Assembly (NCBI GenBank): GCA_051362555.1
Contig: JBPQGU010000012.1
Span: 1 to 37,062, forward strand
Direction of reading: 5' to 3'
DNA: 37,062 nt
DNA from: Lingula anatina
Lineage: Eukaryota > Animalia > Brachiopoda
Positions 10,861-22,800 of the stretch are shown piece by piece. How positions within the stretch are numbered: the stretch's first letter is position 1; every line of letters begins with the position of its first letter. Under the pieces are notes generated by a model. That model was not told where the DNA came from. It saw nothing but the letters and a program-made list of their open reading frames with translations, and did not search any database. A program made the position numbers and the translations under genes.

Positions 10861-13800
10861 GTAGGAAGTAAACGTGTTGCAATGTACGCTGCTTCAAAGT
10901 ATATGAGTCATCTAAAAATTATTTCAGCTTATCCTTGGTCATAGATACCGGGGTATGCGTCCTCCTCAAACTCCCCTACTCGATTTATCAACAGAATGGT
11001 ATTTTCCTCATCAAAACAAAAAATGAACATAATAAATCTTTTGATAATTACCCTGCAAGGGGTATAAAGTAACTAAAAAAGCTTCATCTTGGCTGGGACG
11101 GGTCCCACCATTACTTCCTGGTATAAATGCTTAGCAGTCGATTGAATTAAGATGGATGTTGCAGAAATAAGGATAAACAGACATGACCTCATTTTACTGG
11201 CCCAACCTTGATAAAGTACCTAAGCTTACTATAACAATCCAATACCTGTCTCCGTTCAAACAAGAAAACAAATGCAAATAACTAGCATCTTAAGATTCAA
11301 ACCAATTGCTAGGATTGATACACAGAATTTTGTTCATTTTTATCAATCGTCACAGGCTTGAATGCTTCCCACGATAACATAAATATCTCTATTCTCTTTT
11401 GATAATATAGGTGGATTGCCATTTGCTACATTTGCCATTGAAATGAAAGATGTATATCCTTTTTTAGGGTTAGAAGTAACATTAGCTGGTTTGCCTGTCA
11501 ATGGATACGTCATGAATCCTGAGGGCGGCAACCCACAACCACTTAACCTTATGTGCAGTTACACAGTGGATCCCGGAGAGACGGCGTCGTATGTGGTTTT
11601 TTTCAGAGATGGAACTGACACAGCAAACCAAATAGTAGCTATACAGGTATCTGATGGAACTCCCAGGAAATTCAACAGCTATACCAATAGAGCTGATGTG
11701 ACGGCTTCAGGCTCTGATCCTTCATTCACGTTAACAATCGGTGGAGTCACCATGGCAGATGAGGGGAGCTATAGATGTCGTGTTAACACTGAATTCAATG
11801 TAGCCACCGTGACAACTGACGAGCAAATCCTTAGTTTACTCTGTAAGTAAATCACTGAAGTATTAGCATGTTCGATTTCTGTCCATAGAGAGGATGTATT
11901 GAAAGTTAAGGATGATTTAGAAGAAATAAGGGAGGAAATCATTACTAATTTAGTAGGCATGGACCAAAACCTTAAATATGGAAATAATATAGCGTTTACC
12001 ATTAGAGGTTGTGCGCCATCTTCTAGGTGTTATCACTTTCATTTCACCAGTAATCATATATAGCTGTAATTGTATGAATGGGTCATCTTAAAGACTCGTA
12101 CGAAATGTCGGCATGACTCTCATACTTCTTGAATGTTTCATGCGCACCGTCTGTTGTATTATGTTTAAGTTACATACATGTATGAAGCAAGCGTATGTTC
12201 CCTATAACGCATATTAACAATTTCGACTATTTTCTTATATGATTCAAAGAGAGTCGACATGACAAAGGATAAACTTAATTAATCACTTGGTCAGCCAAAG
12301 AAAAACTTTACAACTGCACTTCTAAAATATTTTGGTCGTAAACTTACTCTGTTTATCCGTGACTCCGGTTCGTAAAAGTCCACCAAATAAAGTAGTAATG
12401 TGTAGGGCATTATTTTTGCACAAACAATTACATTAATATTCAAATGATTATTGATGGAAACAACAAAGGGTTATATATACTGTAGCACAAACAGAAAGCA
12501 GAACATACTTCCTTAAATATCATATTCTGAATGTATTCGACGAAAACATTTGTTATATCTATGTTTTTGAAACCATATGGTTTCATTTGGTTTGGTTTAG
12601 TGGCAAAGATATGATTTCATATGTAACTTATAATTGTACTACTTTGTAGATCGACCAAACCCACCCCAGATTACACGAGGACCTGAAGTCGCTACAGGCA
12701 CCTACCGGGTATCTTGTTCCTCTGATGGCGGCAGACCAGCACCCGAGATAAAATGGTTTAAAATGCAGAGTTCTGATCAGATGCAGGTCAAGATGAATGA
12801 AACTTCGAACACGGTGACACCCCAGGGAGACACCTTTCTGGTCGAAAGTGCAGTAGAAGTGATGGCAACCCAGGCAGATCCAACTCAAGTATTTTGCCAA
12901 CTATTGCACGATTCTCTTACAAGTCAAACCAAGACAAGTGTTATAGTGCCTGAGAGTGCTGGTATATATATTTGGTTTGTGTATTTTACTCGGATTGGTA
13001 GTTTGTTCATTTCACTTCACTTGCGGACCAAAATAAGGTACTGGAAAAGCCTTAACTTTACCGCAAAGAGCTTATATCTTTGTTTGTAACATACTCTGTA
13101 AAACATTTTCAACACTATTCCTGTGCGTGCTCGTTTTACTGCTTATCTGAATCATTCTTCTTGGCTCGTGGATGTACATGAGGTACAATTATTATCACGT
13201 ATCTTAAGAAGTGACTGAATATCTTTTTTAGCTCCTTCAACTACCACTACTATGAAATCAACTAATCATGCAGGTAGGTACAATTTATGATGCATTTATT
13301 TTTCTTAATTGCTTCATTTTAAAACTATTTGTCCTGATAAAAAAGAATGGACGTATTAAGTCCCCCATTCATTTCTCATGCCTTATCCGGTTTTACCTAT
13401 TTACATGGAATGCACATCCGTACATTTATTATATGTTTATCTACTTGGGCGTAGAATTAAAAGTAAAATAAAATGTACACTTTTGAAATAATCCAAAGTC
13501 TAATTCTTACGTTAAGAACTATATAAAAACCCCTGAAATATAAGTGCCTGACGTCGGTTGATATTTTTGAAATATACAAGATGACATAGCTTTCTAAATA
13601 ACTGGTGAGTAATTTAGAAACAAATCAAACTAAAATCGAATGAAACCCCGATTCCAATTGCCGTCAATGATTTGTTAGTAAGTGAAAATTGTCGTTTTCA
13701 GAGGAAAAGTCAATTTGGCAGGTAAACGCCGAAAAGAGTGCCTTAAACATTAAGTTTTAAATGTAAATATCCTTCAAAAAGTGAACCAAAAAGCCTTTCA

Positions 13801-16800
13801 ACTCTTGAAAGTTGGCAATATTTAAAATAATATAGTCACATTGATCTATGAGACTTCCGATACCAAAAATATACTCCAACACTCACTCGTTCATATTTTA
13901 TTTTATTTTATTGCTCCACATTTCTGCATTATTTCTTTGCAATGGGATCGACAAGCCCCCAGTGATGCAAGGATTATAATTAGTTTTCTCTCGGCACGTT
14001 GTCGATTGAATAACACAGCACAAAAACAAATCTTTCCGATTTTTCAGCCTCCGCGGAATGACGTCGGAACAGTGCAAGCTGGCCTTTACAACGCGCGACT
14101 GAATGACGTTTTTCCGCGCAGGAGTACCCCTTTCTCTTTTACACGGCCTTTCAACAGGCGTAATCTCGTTCGTCTTTCTTCGCGACTGAACAACGTTTTT
14201 CCGCCTTGGTATTATGTGACGGTCGTTATTGGATTGTGACTGACATTTAAGAACATGAGATTTCAATGGAACTGAAAGATTTATATTGTTAATTCATTTC
14301 AAAATTCCATTTTATTATCTTAGGTGCGCTACATGTATATACTGTCGAAAGGCGTGATCATCCCGATCATTAGAACATCTCTCCTGAGGAAGCTTCCCCC
14401 GAGGGCTTATCATATTTTGTTATTCATCATTTCATTTCTCTTAAATTAATACAGATTGCTTAGAAGCGATATCAAAGTCTATATTTAAAGCATGATCATT
14501 ATTTCCATAAAATTGCAATGAATTATAATGAATAAGACTTGGTCAAAGGCCATTCTGTTTGATTATTAAAAGTTTGGCCGCGGCCTTGGATATGCAACTC
14601 TGGTTGCAGCAACATACCTGACTAGCATTTAACTTGTCGCTTGTACTATAGAAATTGTTAATCACACTTGCGCTTACAATCTGGATTTTATAGGATACGT
14701 TTTAAGGTGTCTCCGGAGTAAAAATCATTTCAGTGAAATCATGATACACAGTCAGTGTATTTTTTTTTTCAATTAATAAGGTGTATTAATAAAGATTCCT
14801 TAGTCGATCGCGATATAGACTGCGGCAGTTTAAATAGATCTTAAGTTTATTACACTAATGACGTAGTGCTTATGCATTGAATCAGCGTGTGCAGTGGTGC
14901 AACCAATCTTTAATTAATAAGGGAGTTGGAAGAACCAGCGGGTGACCGTTAAACGTTCTAATATTTAATCAACACTGAGCGGAGAACAAACAAAAAAGGA
15001 TAAAGATGTGTCACACTATGCGCTGGTGGCGGGGAAATTTCAACAAAGCCCGACTAACAACAATGTACGTCACGGTCTCCTTCAATATTTCATCCAGCTA
15101 AAAGACGAAAACAAAAATACTTTAATACCAATGTTGACTGGAGATGCATTAGAATTTTTTTGATGAATAAGTGTTGCCCCACAACTGATCGTAGTACATC
15201 CCACGATAAGATTTCGCTCGATAGACCATGTCTAGAACCATAAGTAAACCATTAGTTCTAAACTAGCTGTCATAAAAAACCTTGCTTGAAAAACTGAATA
15301 ACTATAAGACCATTGTTATTTTGCAAGGTTAAGCAGCGATAAATATGTTGATATATAGCAAACATTATCAGTATGATGTGCCGTAATACGTATATAACAG
15401 GAGTACTTTTCTATTGATGATCATATCTTGCTCATAGTGGGTGACGAAGAGGAGGTGGTTAAACCACGTAAGTGAAGAATCACTGCACATTAAACGTACA
15501 TCGTGTATCACTTTTACACGGCTTCTGCTAATGAAAATGTATCATATCGCAATATACTGATTTCTTCATAGAAATTCATTTTTCACATGAAAATAAGTAA
15601 ATCGCCGGCTATTTTGTTTATAAGTTCTGGACTTTGACAGAGAAGGACAGGCCTGCTTTAGATGACAGCCGGATTCGGTTGTATTTGTATGGGGATTGCT
15701 ACCAGTAATTAACACAGTTTTCACACGAAGTACCATTGAAACACGATGGTCGAGAGATGACTTATGAGCTGAGGTCAATATAACAAGCAGCATGGTGGCC
15801 AATAAGCTATTTAATCTTTTATGTAACCTCTCTCCAAACGCGGTGATGAAGGCTTAAACCAAGTGTTTTGGTTTCTCACTTCTTTGTTTAAGCACAGTCC
15901 CCCCCCCTCTTTTTTTCAGGACTCTGCAGCTGATGAAGGTCACTTGTTGACCGAAAAGCGCTTTCTGCAACCAGTCCAACCCCCCTTTTTTTTCGTTTCC
16001 CCAGCCGCACTGTGTGTATCTCGTACAGTCGGCCTTCAGGTCAAACACATACAGAGGCCAGACACCTCTCTCACATCATACCGAAGTGAAACAACAGCCG
16101 ATAATATTGAATACGGCAATAAATAGTTATCTAACATAATTCGAATCAGAATTATAAGACGGACACGTGCACGTTCTATCACCGTTGTCATCTCTTCACA
16201 AACACGTGATAACGCATCTAAGGGACTTTTATACTTCAATCTAAACTCTAACGTCCCAAATTTAAAAACAATCTCAAAGCTTTTAACCAGGGGCGCTGTC
16301 AAAACACACGTCCCTAGGGGCCCAGACCTGGATCGTGTTATTTTAATAATAATAATAATAATTTATTCAGCTTTGAATGTTACAATTTAACATTGTTTGC
16401 TGTCTAGTCTACTACAGGATCTACCATATTGTACTTACATAAAAAGAGAGAAAGTGATATTTCATCGTGTTGCTAACTGTATATACTGTGATAATGCTTT
16501 TAGTGATTTCTGATCTTGAGGGTTGAGGAGGATGAATAGTTTCTGATCACTGCCTGCTAATTCATAATTTTGTCTCACAGTGTTTGGGAGGGAACTGAGC
16601 ATATTTTGTCGCTCTATTTGGTATTTACTACATGTGAGGAAGAAATGTTTCTCATCCTCTATTTCCGTTTTACAGCTTGTGCAGGTTCTTTGTTCCAGGG
16701 TGATTTTCATGTGCCTGCCTTTCTCTATCGCTAGCTCGTGGTCACTAATTCTCATTTTGGCTAAGTATTTTTTGTCTGAGCTTGTGGCGTTCATTTTTAA

Positions 16801-19800
16801 GTAATTTTCAAGATCGTATGAGTTTTTTATTTTTCGATATGTACGCAGTTTATTGTGGTTCTCCTTGTTCAATTCTTTCCAAAAAAGGTCTTCGATTTTT
16901 AGATTAATTTCTTTTTCTAGGTCTGATGTTTCATCCCAATGTTGAATTCCCCAATTCTGTCTAAATGCCGCCACTGTTTTAGTCCAATTATCTATTTTCA
17001 GGAGTTTTTCTTCGCTAAATGTTTGTTTCAGTATTCTTGTATTCGGGAGATTTTTAAGTCTGGTGTGGTATTTTTGCATGGATTTAATTATATCTGTAAG
17101 GATTGGGTATCTACCCAATTCTGCTCTGCAGGCATTATTACTGGCAGTTTTTCTCACTCCTAATACCCATTTGCACATTTTTAGGTGAATTTGCTCGAAG
17201 GACGTGTTATTGATTTTATCTAGGCTTGGTGATTTTTCTTTGAGAATTTCCTGACCCCATACCTCGCTACCATATAGTAAAATTGGTTTTACAGTTTTAT
17301 CAAATAGTTTCATTTGTAATAGTGGATTAGATATGTTTTGGGAGGATAAAGTGCTTTTAAGCGCAAACATGGCCTTCATTGCTTTTTGTTTTAGATTGTG
17401 TATTGCTTTCTTGAGGTTACCTGTATTGGTGAAGGTGATACCTAGATAAGTATATTCTGTAACGTTTTCCAGGATATTTTCATTTATTGTGAATTTTAGG
17501 TGCTGTTCTGTTTTTCCAGCTTTGTTGAAAATTAATATTTTGCACTTTTTCTCGTTTACCTGGAGCTGCCATTTTTTGCAGTATTTTTCAAGGCGTGACA
17601 ATGATTTTTGCAGGCCATCACTTGTTTCTGAGAGTAGTACCAGGTCATCAGCATACAGTATATGAAATAGTCTTTCATCGCCATTTGGGTTTAGGGCAGT
17701 TTTCACATCATCAATAAAAATGTTAAAAAGGACTGGACTTAGATTGTCGCCTTGCTTAATTCCCAATTTAGAATAAAATGGTTCTGTGTATCCTTCCCCA
17801 ACCGATATCCCTAGTTTTGTTTGACTGTACATTGCTTTGATTAATTTGTAAAATTTTCCCCCAATACCCAGTTTTAGTAGTTTGTACATTAGACCTTTGT
17901 GCCAAACAGTGTCAAAAGCCTTTTTAAAGTCAATAAAACATGCATAAAGACGCTTGTTTTGGTTTACGTATCTATTAACTAAAGATTTTAAGGTAAAAAT
18001 GTGGTCTGTTGTGCGGTATCCTGGCCTAAAACCAGCTTGCTCTTCACTGAGTAGATGTTCATTCTGCAAATAGTCAGTCAGTCTCTTACAGAGTATTGAG
18101 TTAAACAGTTTCCCCAGACAACTGGTGATGCACAGTCCTCGATAATTTGATGGATTCATATGTTCACCACTTTTATGGATAGGTATGATGATGCCAAGGT
18201 TCCAAGTGTCGGGAATTTCAGTGGTATTGAGGATAAGATTAAAGATCTTTGTGATAACAATTGCTAGGTACTGGGTTCCTACTTTAAGCATTTCATTCTT
18301 AATTGCATCTTCCCCAGCTGCTTTCCCACTTTTAAGCTTTTTCAGGGCATTTTTCACTTCATGACATGTTATTGCACTGTCTAGTATTGGAATACCCTCT
18401 TGTCTTTCCATCTCTTTTAACGGGGCATCGATTATGTTGTTTTCTTTTGGGGCAATCCCACAAAGCTGGTGAAAGTGTTTAAGCCAAATGTCTGGACTAA
18501 TTAAGTTGTGCCTGGTTTCTTTTTCTTTCAGGTTTTTAAAAACTTCCCAGAATTCTTTAGGGTTTTTCTCTTCGTTTTCGAGTAATCTTTTAAGTAGAAA
18601 ATCTTTGTGCTCCCGTTTTTTACGCTTAATTAGTTGCTTATATTTTCTAGAGGCTTCATGGTAGGTGTGGGCAACAAAGTTGTTTCCTGGGTTGTTCTGT
18701 AGCAATTTCCCAAGGTGCTTTATATTGCGCCTGATTTCGGCACATGTGCCGTCAAACCAGGGGTGTTTTTTCACTCGTTTTGTCTTATTAGTTCCATTTC
18801 TAGGAGGCTTTCTCTTTGCCAGTGATTTATTAGCCGCATTACAAAGAATATTTTGGAGTTCATTACAAGCTTTGTTCACTCCTTCTTTAGTGTTAGGGAA
18901 GTGGGTGCATTGGAGTTTGCTAATTTCATTGATCGATTCATCATCTTCTAGAGCGTTTAAAAATTTTTCAGGCGAGTCTGGTTTCCAAATGTACTGCTCG
19001 TTGAATCTGTGAACTGTTGTTGAGATAGCAGATTTTTGTATGACATTAGTACGTATTGATAGTTCTAGCAGGCAGTGATCAGATAAATAATCAATGGGGT
19101 GTATTGTGAAAAAATTTACATCGCTAAGCAGCCCATCACTCACAATAGCATAGTCTACAGTGCTGCAGCCCTGTCTGTTATAACATGTAAAATAGCCTAG
19201 GGAGTTTCCTATTGTTCTCCCATTCAATATTTTCATGCTACTTGCAATATTTTGATAAGAGTTAGTTTAACTAAGACATGAGCCGACCACCCCTAAACAA
19301 CGAATGTTAAATCGCAACTACAAAGGGGAGGATGTGGTGTGGTGTGAAGATAGCCACAGAGACAGAGTACAGAGTATATGTACAGGAAAAACGAGAGGAT
19401 GAAGACAGTAAGTGGTTTTATTCCTTTTGTTATTTTCATAATATTCATGTATTTTTATCTTTAATAATTGATTATCAATGTGTGTTGATAAATTACCAAG
19501 TCTTTGATTTTATTACATTCTCCATGTCTGTTGTAATGGTAGGCTACATGCATTCTTGTAATTCTCAATCCTGATATTTCTCTGAATTTTTTTTAGTCAG
19601 ACATGCTGTTCCCTTTACCCAGTTATGTTTAATACGTTATTACACATTATATTTTGATATCATTTCGTTATATCTTCACAGAAACCGTTAAGAAGGACAC
19701 CGCGCTGGAAAAAAGGAAAGGGCGATAGCAGCACAGAACAAAGGGAAGACGTTGAAAGGGGCAACGGCAGAAATATCTGACGCGGGGGTGTGCCAGGCTA

Positions 19801-22800
19801 AAGAAGTGCTCAAATTGATGTGTGGAAAATAATTTACACGCAAGGGCGATTTGATGTGTGGAAAATAATTTACACGCAAGGACGATTAGAATCCAAAGTT
19901 GTAGATTAGATAATACCACAGTATTCAACATGAAAAATGTTAATATATCTCCTTTACGGTGATTGATTTTTACTTACTGTTTTTATATATATTGTTATTA
20001 CAATGAGATCAGTACTTCTTATATTTGAACATATATTTGTATATTATTTTGCTGTGATCCCAAGTAAACTGATATGTAATAATTCAGGCCCATTCTTGAA
20101 AGTCCAAATGACTACAGTACGCGGGAAGCTAAATCATCAATGCACAAATTACAGTGCATTATTATCTCACTGATAGTAGGCATTTTAAAAATATCCTGAA
20201 AATCACGTATCACCGGGTATAATGTCTTCGTTTCACGAAGGGTGGAGAATAAACAATTGCATTCACAAGTCGCGTGAATGGGGTGCTTCACGAATCACGC
20301 TAAATAACATGAACGTTTCACACACTTCAAGAAATAATTAGCTGTATTTTCTACAGATTTATTCTGAAAGTAAATTTTTCTCTTAGAATTTGAGCAGCAT
20401 TTATTTGATTTTGATTAAATACTTTAAGTTAGTCGGATATTTCAGGTACAAAATGTGTTGCGTTTCTCTTCTTTTTAATTTTCCCGTATTTTTAATGTTA
20501 TTCTATTTCTTTAGGCTACGCATTTTGTAGGGGTTTTGGTGACAATATTTCATCTTTGCTTGGAAACTTGGCTTCATCGCCTTACTCAATGTGAACAAAA
20601 ATACCTAATGAGTGTAATTCTTAAAACGGGGTCGGGCAATTAGGGCACACATAATTGGCATGTTATTTAACGAGTGGCCACTCTCTGCAAATACATTAAG
20701 TCGATGGATAAGTAGTAGTCGTTTTCGTTTTCCTCATATGTTTACCAGATGTCAGATAAATAATGGAAAAAGCCTCTATTTATGAATCTGTGACGTTCCT
20801 ATAATTGTACTTTTGCTTAGATTTTGTTCTGGAAAGTCGTATTTAAATGTGGTTCGTATTTATTTGCGTAATTATTTTACTAGGTATATTTTAAATGGTA
20901 TTCGCTATTGTTTAGGGTGTGCGTATAATGAGTGTACAAAATAATACATTAGTGTAAGATTACTTTCCACTTGTGAAATATAGTAGCTGTGTTGCGCTTT
21001 ATAAACATAATCCCCACTGCATTGTAATGGTTGTTGTTTTTTGCAATAAATTACTATAAATGAAAATTCACAAGCCTTCCTCTCATTAAATGAAATGCTA
21101 CATGAATTTGAAACATTATCAGTGCTATAAGTAATCGAAATAACTATAATCGTCCATATTTGATTAGATAAGGGTTGTAAAGACTTACCTGAAATTGCCT
21201 TTATTTGATCGGAAAAGGGTTATAATGACATACCTCATATCGCATTTACTTCATCGGAAAAGGGTTATAAAGACGTGTCAAAAATCGCCTATATTTGATC
21301 GGAAAGGAGTTGTAAAGAGGTTGTTTTTAGACGCCTATACTTGATCGGAAAGACGTAGTAATAGTGCAACTACAATTTTAAGCTTAGGCATAAAAGGGTA
21401 GTAAACCCGTAGACCCTGACCTTTCCGGTAGAGCTTTACACCGTTGAAAAGGCTTGTAAAGAGAATATTCAGACCCATTTCCTGAAGAGTAAAAGAGCTG
21501 AAAATTGACTTTTTGTGCTGTGTAATAAGTGCCTCTTTATGTTTTTTTCAGCTCTCTCAGCTAACAAACCTGCAAAATCTACAGGAGGTAGGTGCAGTTC
21601 GGTGTAAATTGTTTTCGTTTGCTTCAAAATATGATAAAAACTTTTCAAGCCAACCATAAAGTACTCGTTAGTTTAAGTCAATTCTCACGCTTTATCTGGC
21701 ATAGCCAATTAGAAGATCATACAGTTTTCCATTCCACCACAACCTTTCCAGCTGTAATGCAAACAATCTTAGTCAGTTTAGGTGACGCTAATTATTTTTC
21801 AGGGAATATACTTGGTTACATATTAATTTATTCATTTATAGTCTGTTTTGTATTTCTCTTATATCACATTTGCAGTGTCTCCATCTACAACAACATGTAA
21901 TTAAACCAAGAGCACTGCGGAACACAAACTGAGGTGTACAGTACTCAGTACCTGTTGGTTGAAGGGGTGGGCGGGGTGGGGGCTTTGGTAACCGACCGTG
22001 AACTTCTACTTGATAATCTTCTTTGTACTGGGACACTCTCATACGGTTAACCATGCTTCGGTATCATAAACGTGAACGTGGCACATCATAAGACATTCCG
22101 GGTTGATATTTTACAGTGGTGCTACCAATGTGTATATTATGTTTCAGTTGACAAAAGTCAGATAACTTCTACTCGATAATCTGTATTCATCACCCTCTTT
22201 TCTTGGTACTGGGACACTCTCATCCGACTAACTATGCTTCTGTACCATCCTTATAAATTAAATGTGAACGTTGTAGATCATTAGACATTCCGGGTGAATA
22301 TTTTAGTGTGGTCGTACCAAAGGGTATATTATGTTTCAGTTAACAAAAATCAGAAAGGATTATACTTGGCAACCCATTTAAATTATATTTGTTGTATTAC
22401 AGGCATTGATGGGAGAACAGTATCAATCATTGTGATATCGTTGTTAGCAATGTGCCTTTTTTGCATAATTGCATACCTTGTATTCCGCATTCGGTCATTG
22501 TCCAGAAGACTCAAATCACAAGCATCTGAACAGCAACATAACACTGTTATTACAAACAATGTAACAGAACACTCAAACAACGTTAACAGCTGTCCATTCA
22601 ATATCCAAGTATCTATGAATCACGCGACAGATCATTCCTCTGGTTTTGATGGGGTTCATGCTGACTATGACGATACTGCATTGGCGAATAGTTACGAAGA
22701 ACTTCGGCGGGATAATTGTTCAGATGGGCAATACATGGAACTTGGAGAGAACCTGTTGCCGTCTACCGCCACAAATGGTATTGGTGACTATAATTACATT

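Larger units (their letters stand above)
14014..21522. mobile_element. Non-autonomous CMC-type (EnSpm/CACTA- or Chapaev-like) DNA transposon in gene A intron 4
   Basis: Perfect 13-bp TIR CACAGCACAAAAA / TTTTTGTGCTGTG with TAA TSD (14011-13, 21523-25). Empty site GTCGATTGAATAATAAGTGCC in gene B at ~30995-31015. Subterminal ATCGGAAA repeats at 21208-21350, inverted copy near 14033. No transposase ORF seen. Confidence 0.88.

Noticed and set aside
11562-11568. RSS heptamer CACAGTG inside the V exons (also near 6717, 29276, 36646)
   Set aside because: It encodes the conserved Y-T-V after the first Cys. I found no ACAAAAACC-like nonamer at 12 or 23 bp, V exons end in normal splice donors, and no J segments exist, so there is no support for V(D)J-type recombination.
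11843-11850. V-only secreted form ending LLCK* in both genes
   Set aside because: The stop is simply a by-product of the GTAAGTAA donor consensus.
14014-14030. TIR CACAGCACAAAAAC resembling a fused RSS heptamer and nonamer (ProtoRAG/Transib)
   Set aside because: No spacer, a 3-bp rather than 5-bp TSD, and no RAG1/2-like ORF; it fits CMC elements better.
21836-22054. Minus-strand 72-aa ORF conserved at 31317-31535
   Set aside because: Conservation is explained by the near-identical duplication; it lies in an intron and shows no independent coding signal.
22025-22355. ~180-bp tandem duplication in the last intron of A and B, and a 33-bp duplication at 19814-19880
   Set aside because: Ordinary local duplications with no splice or coding signal.
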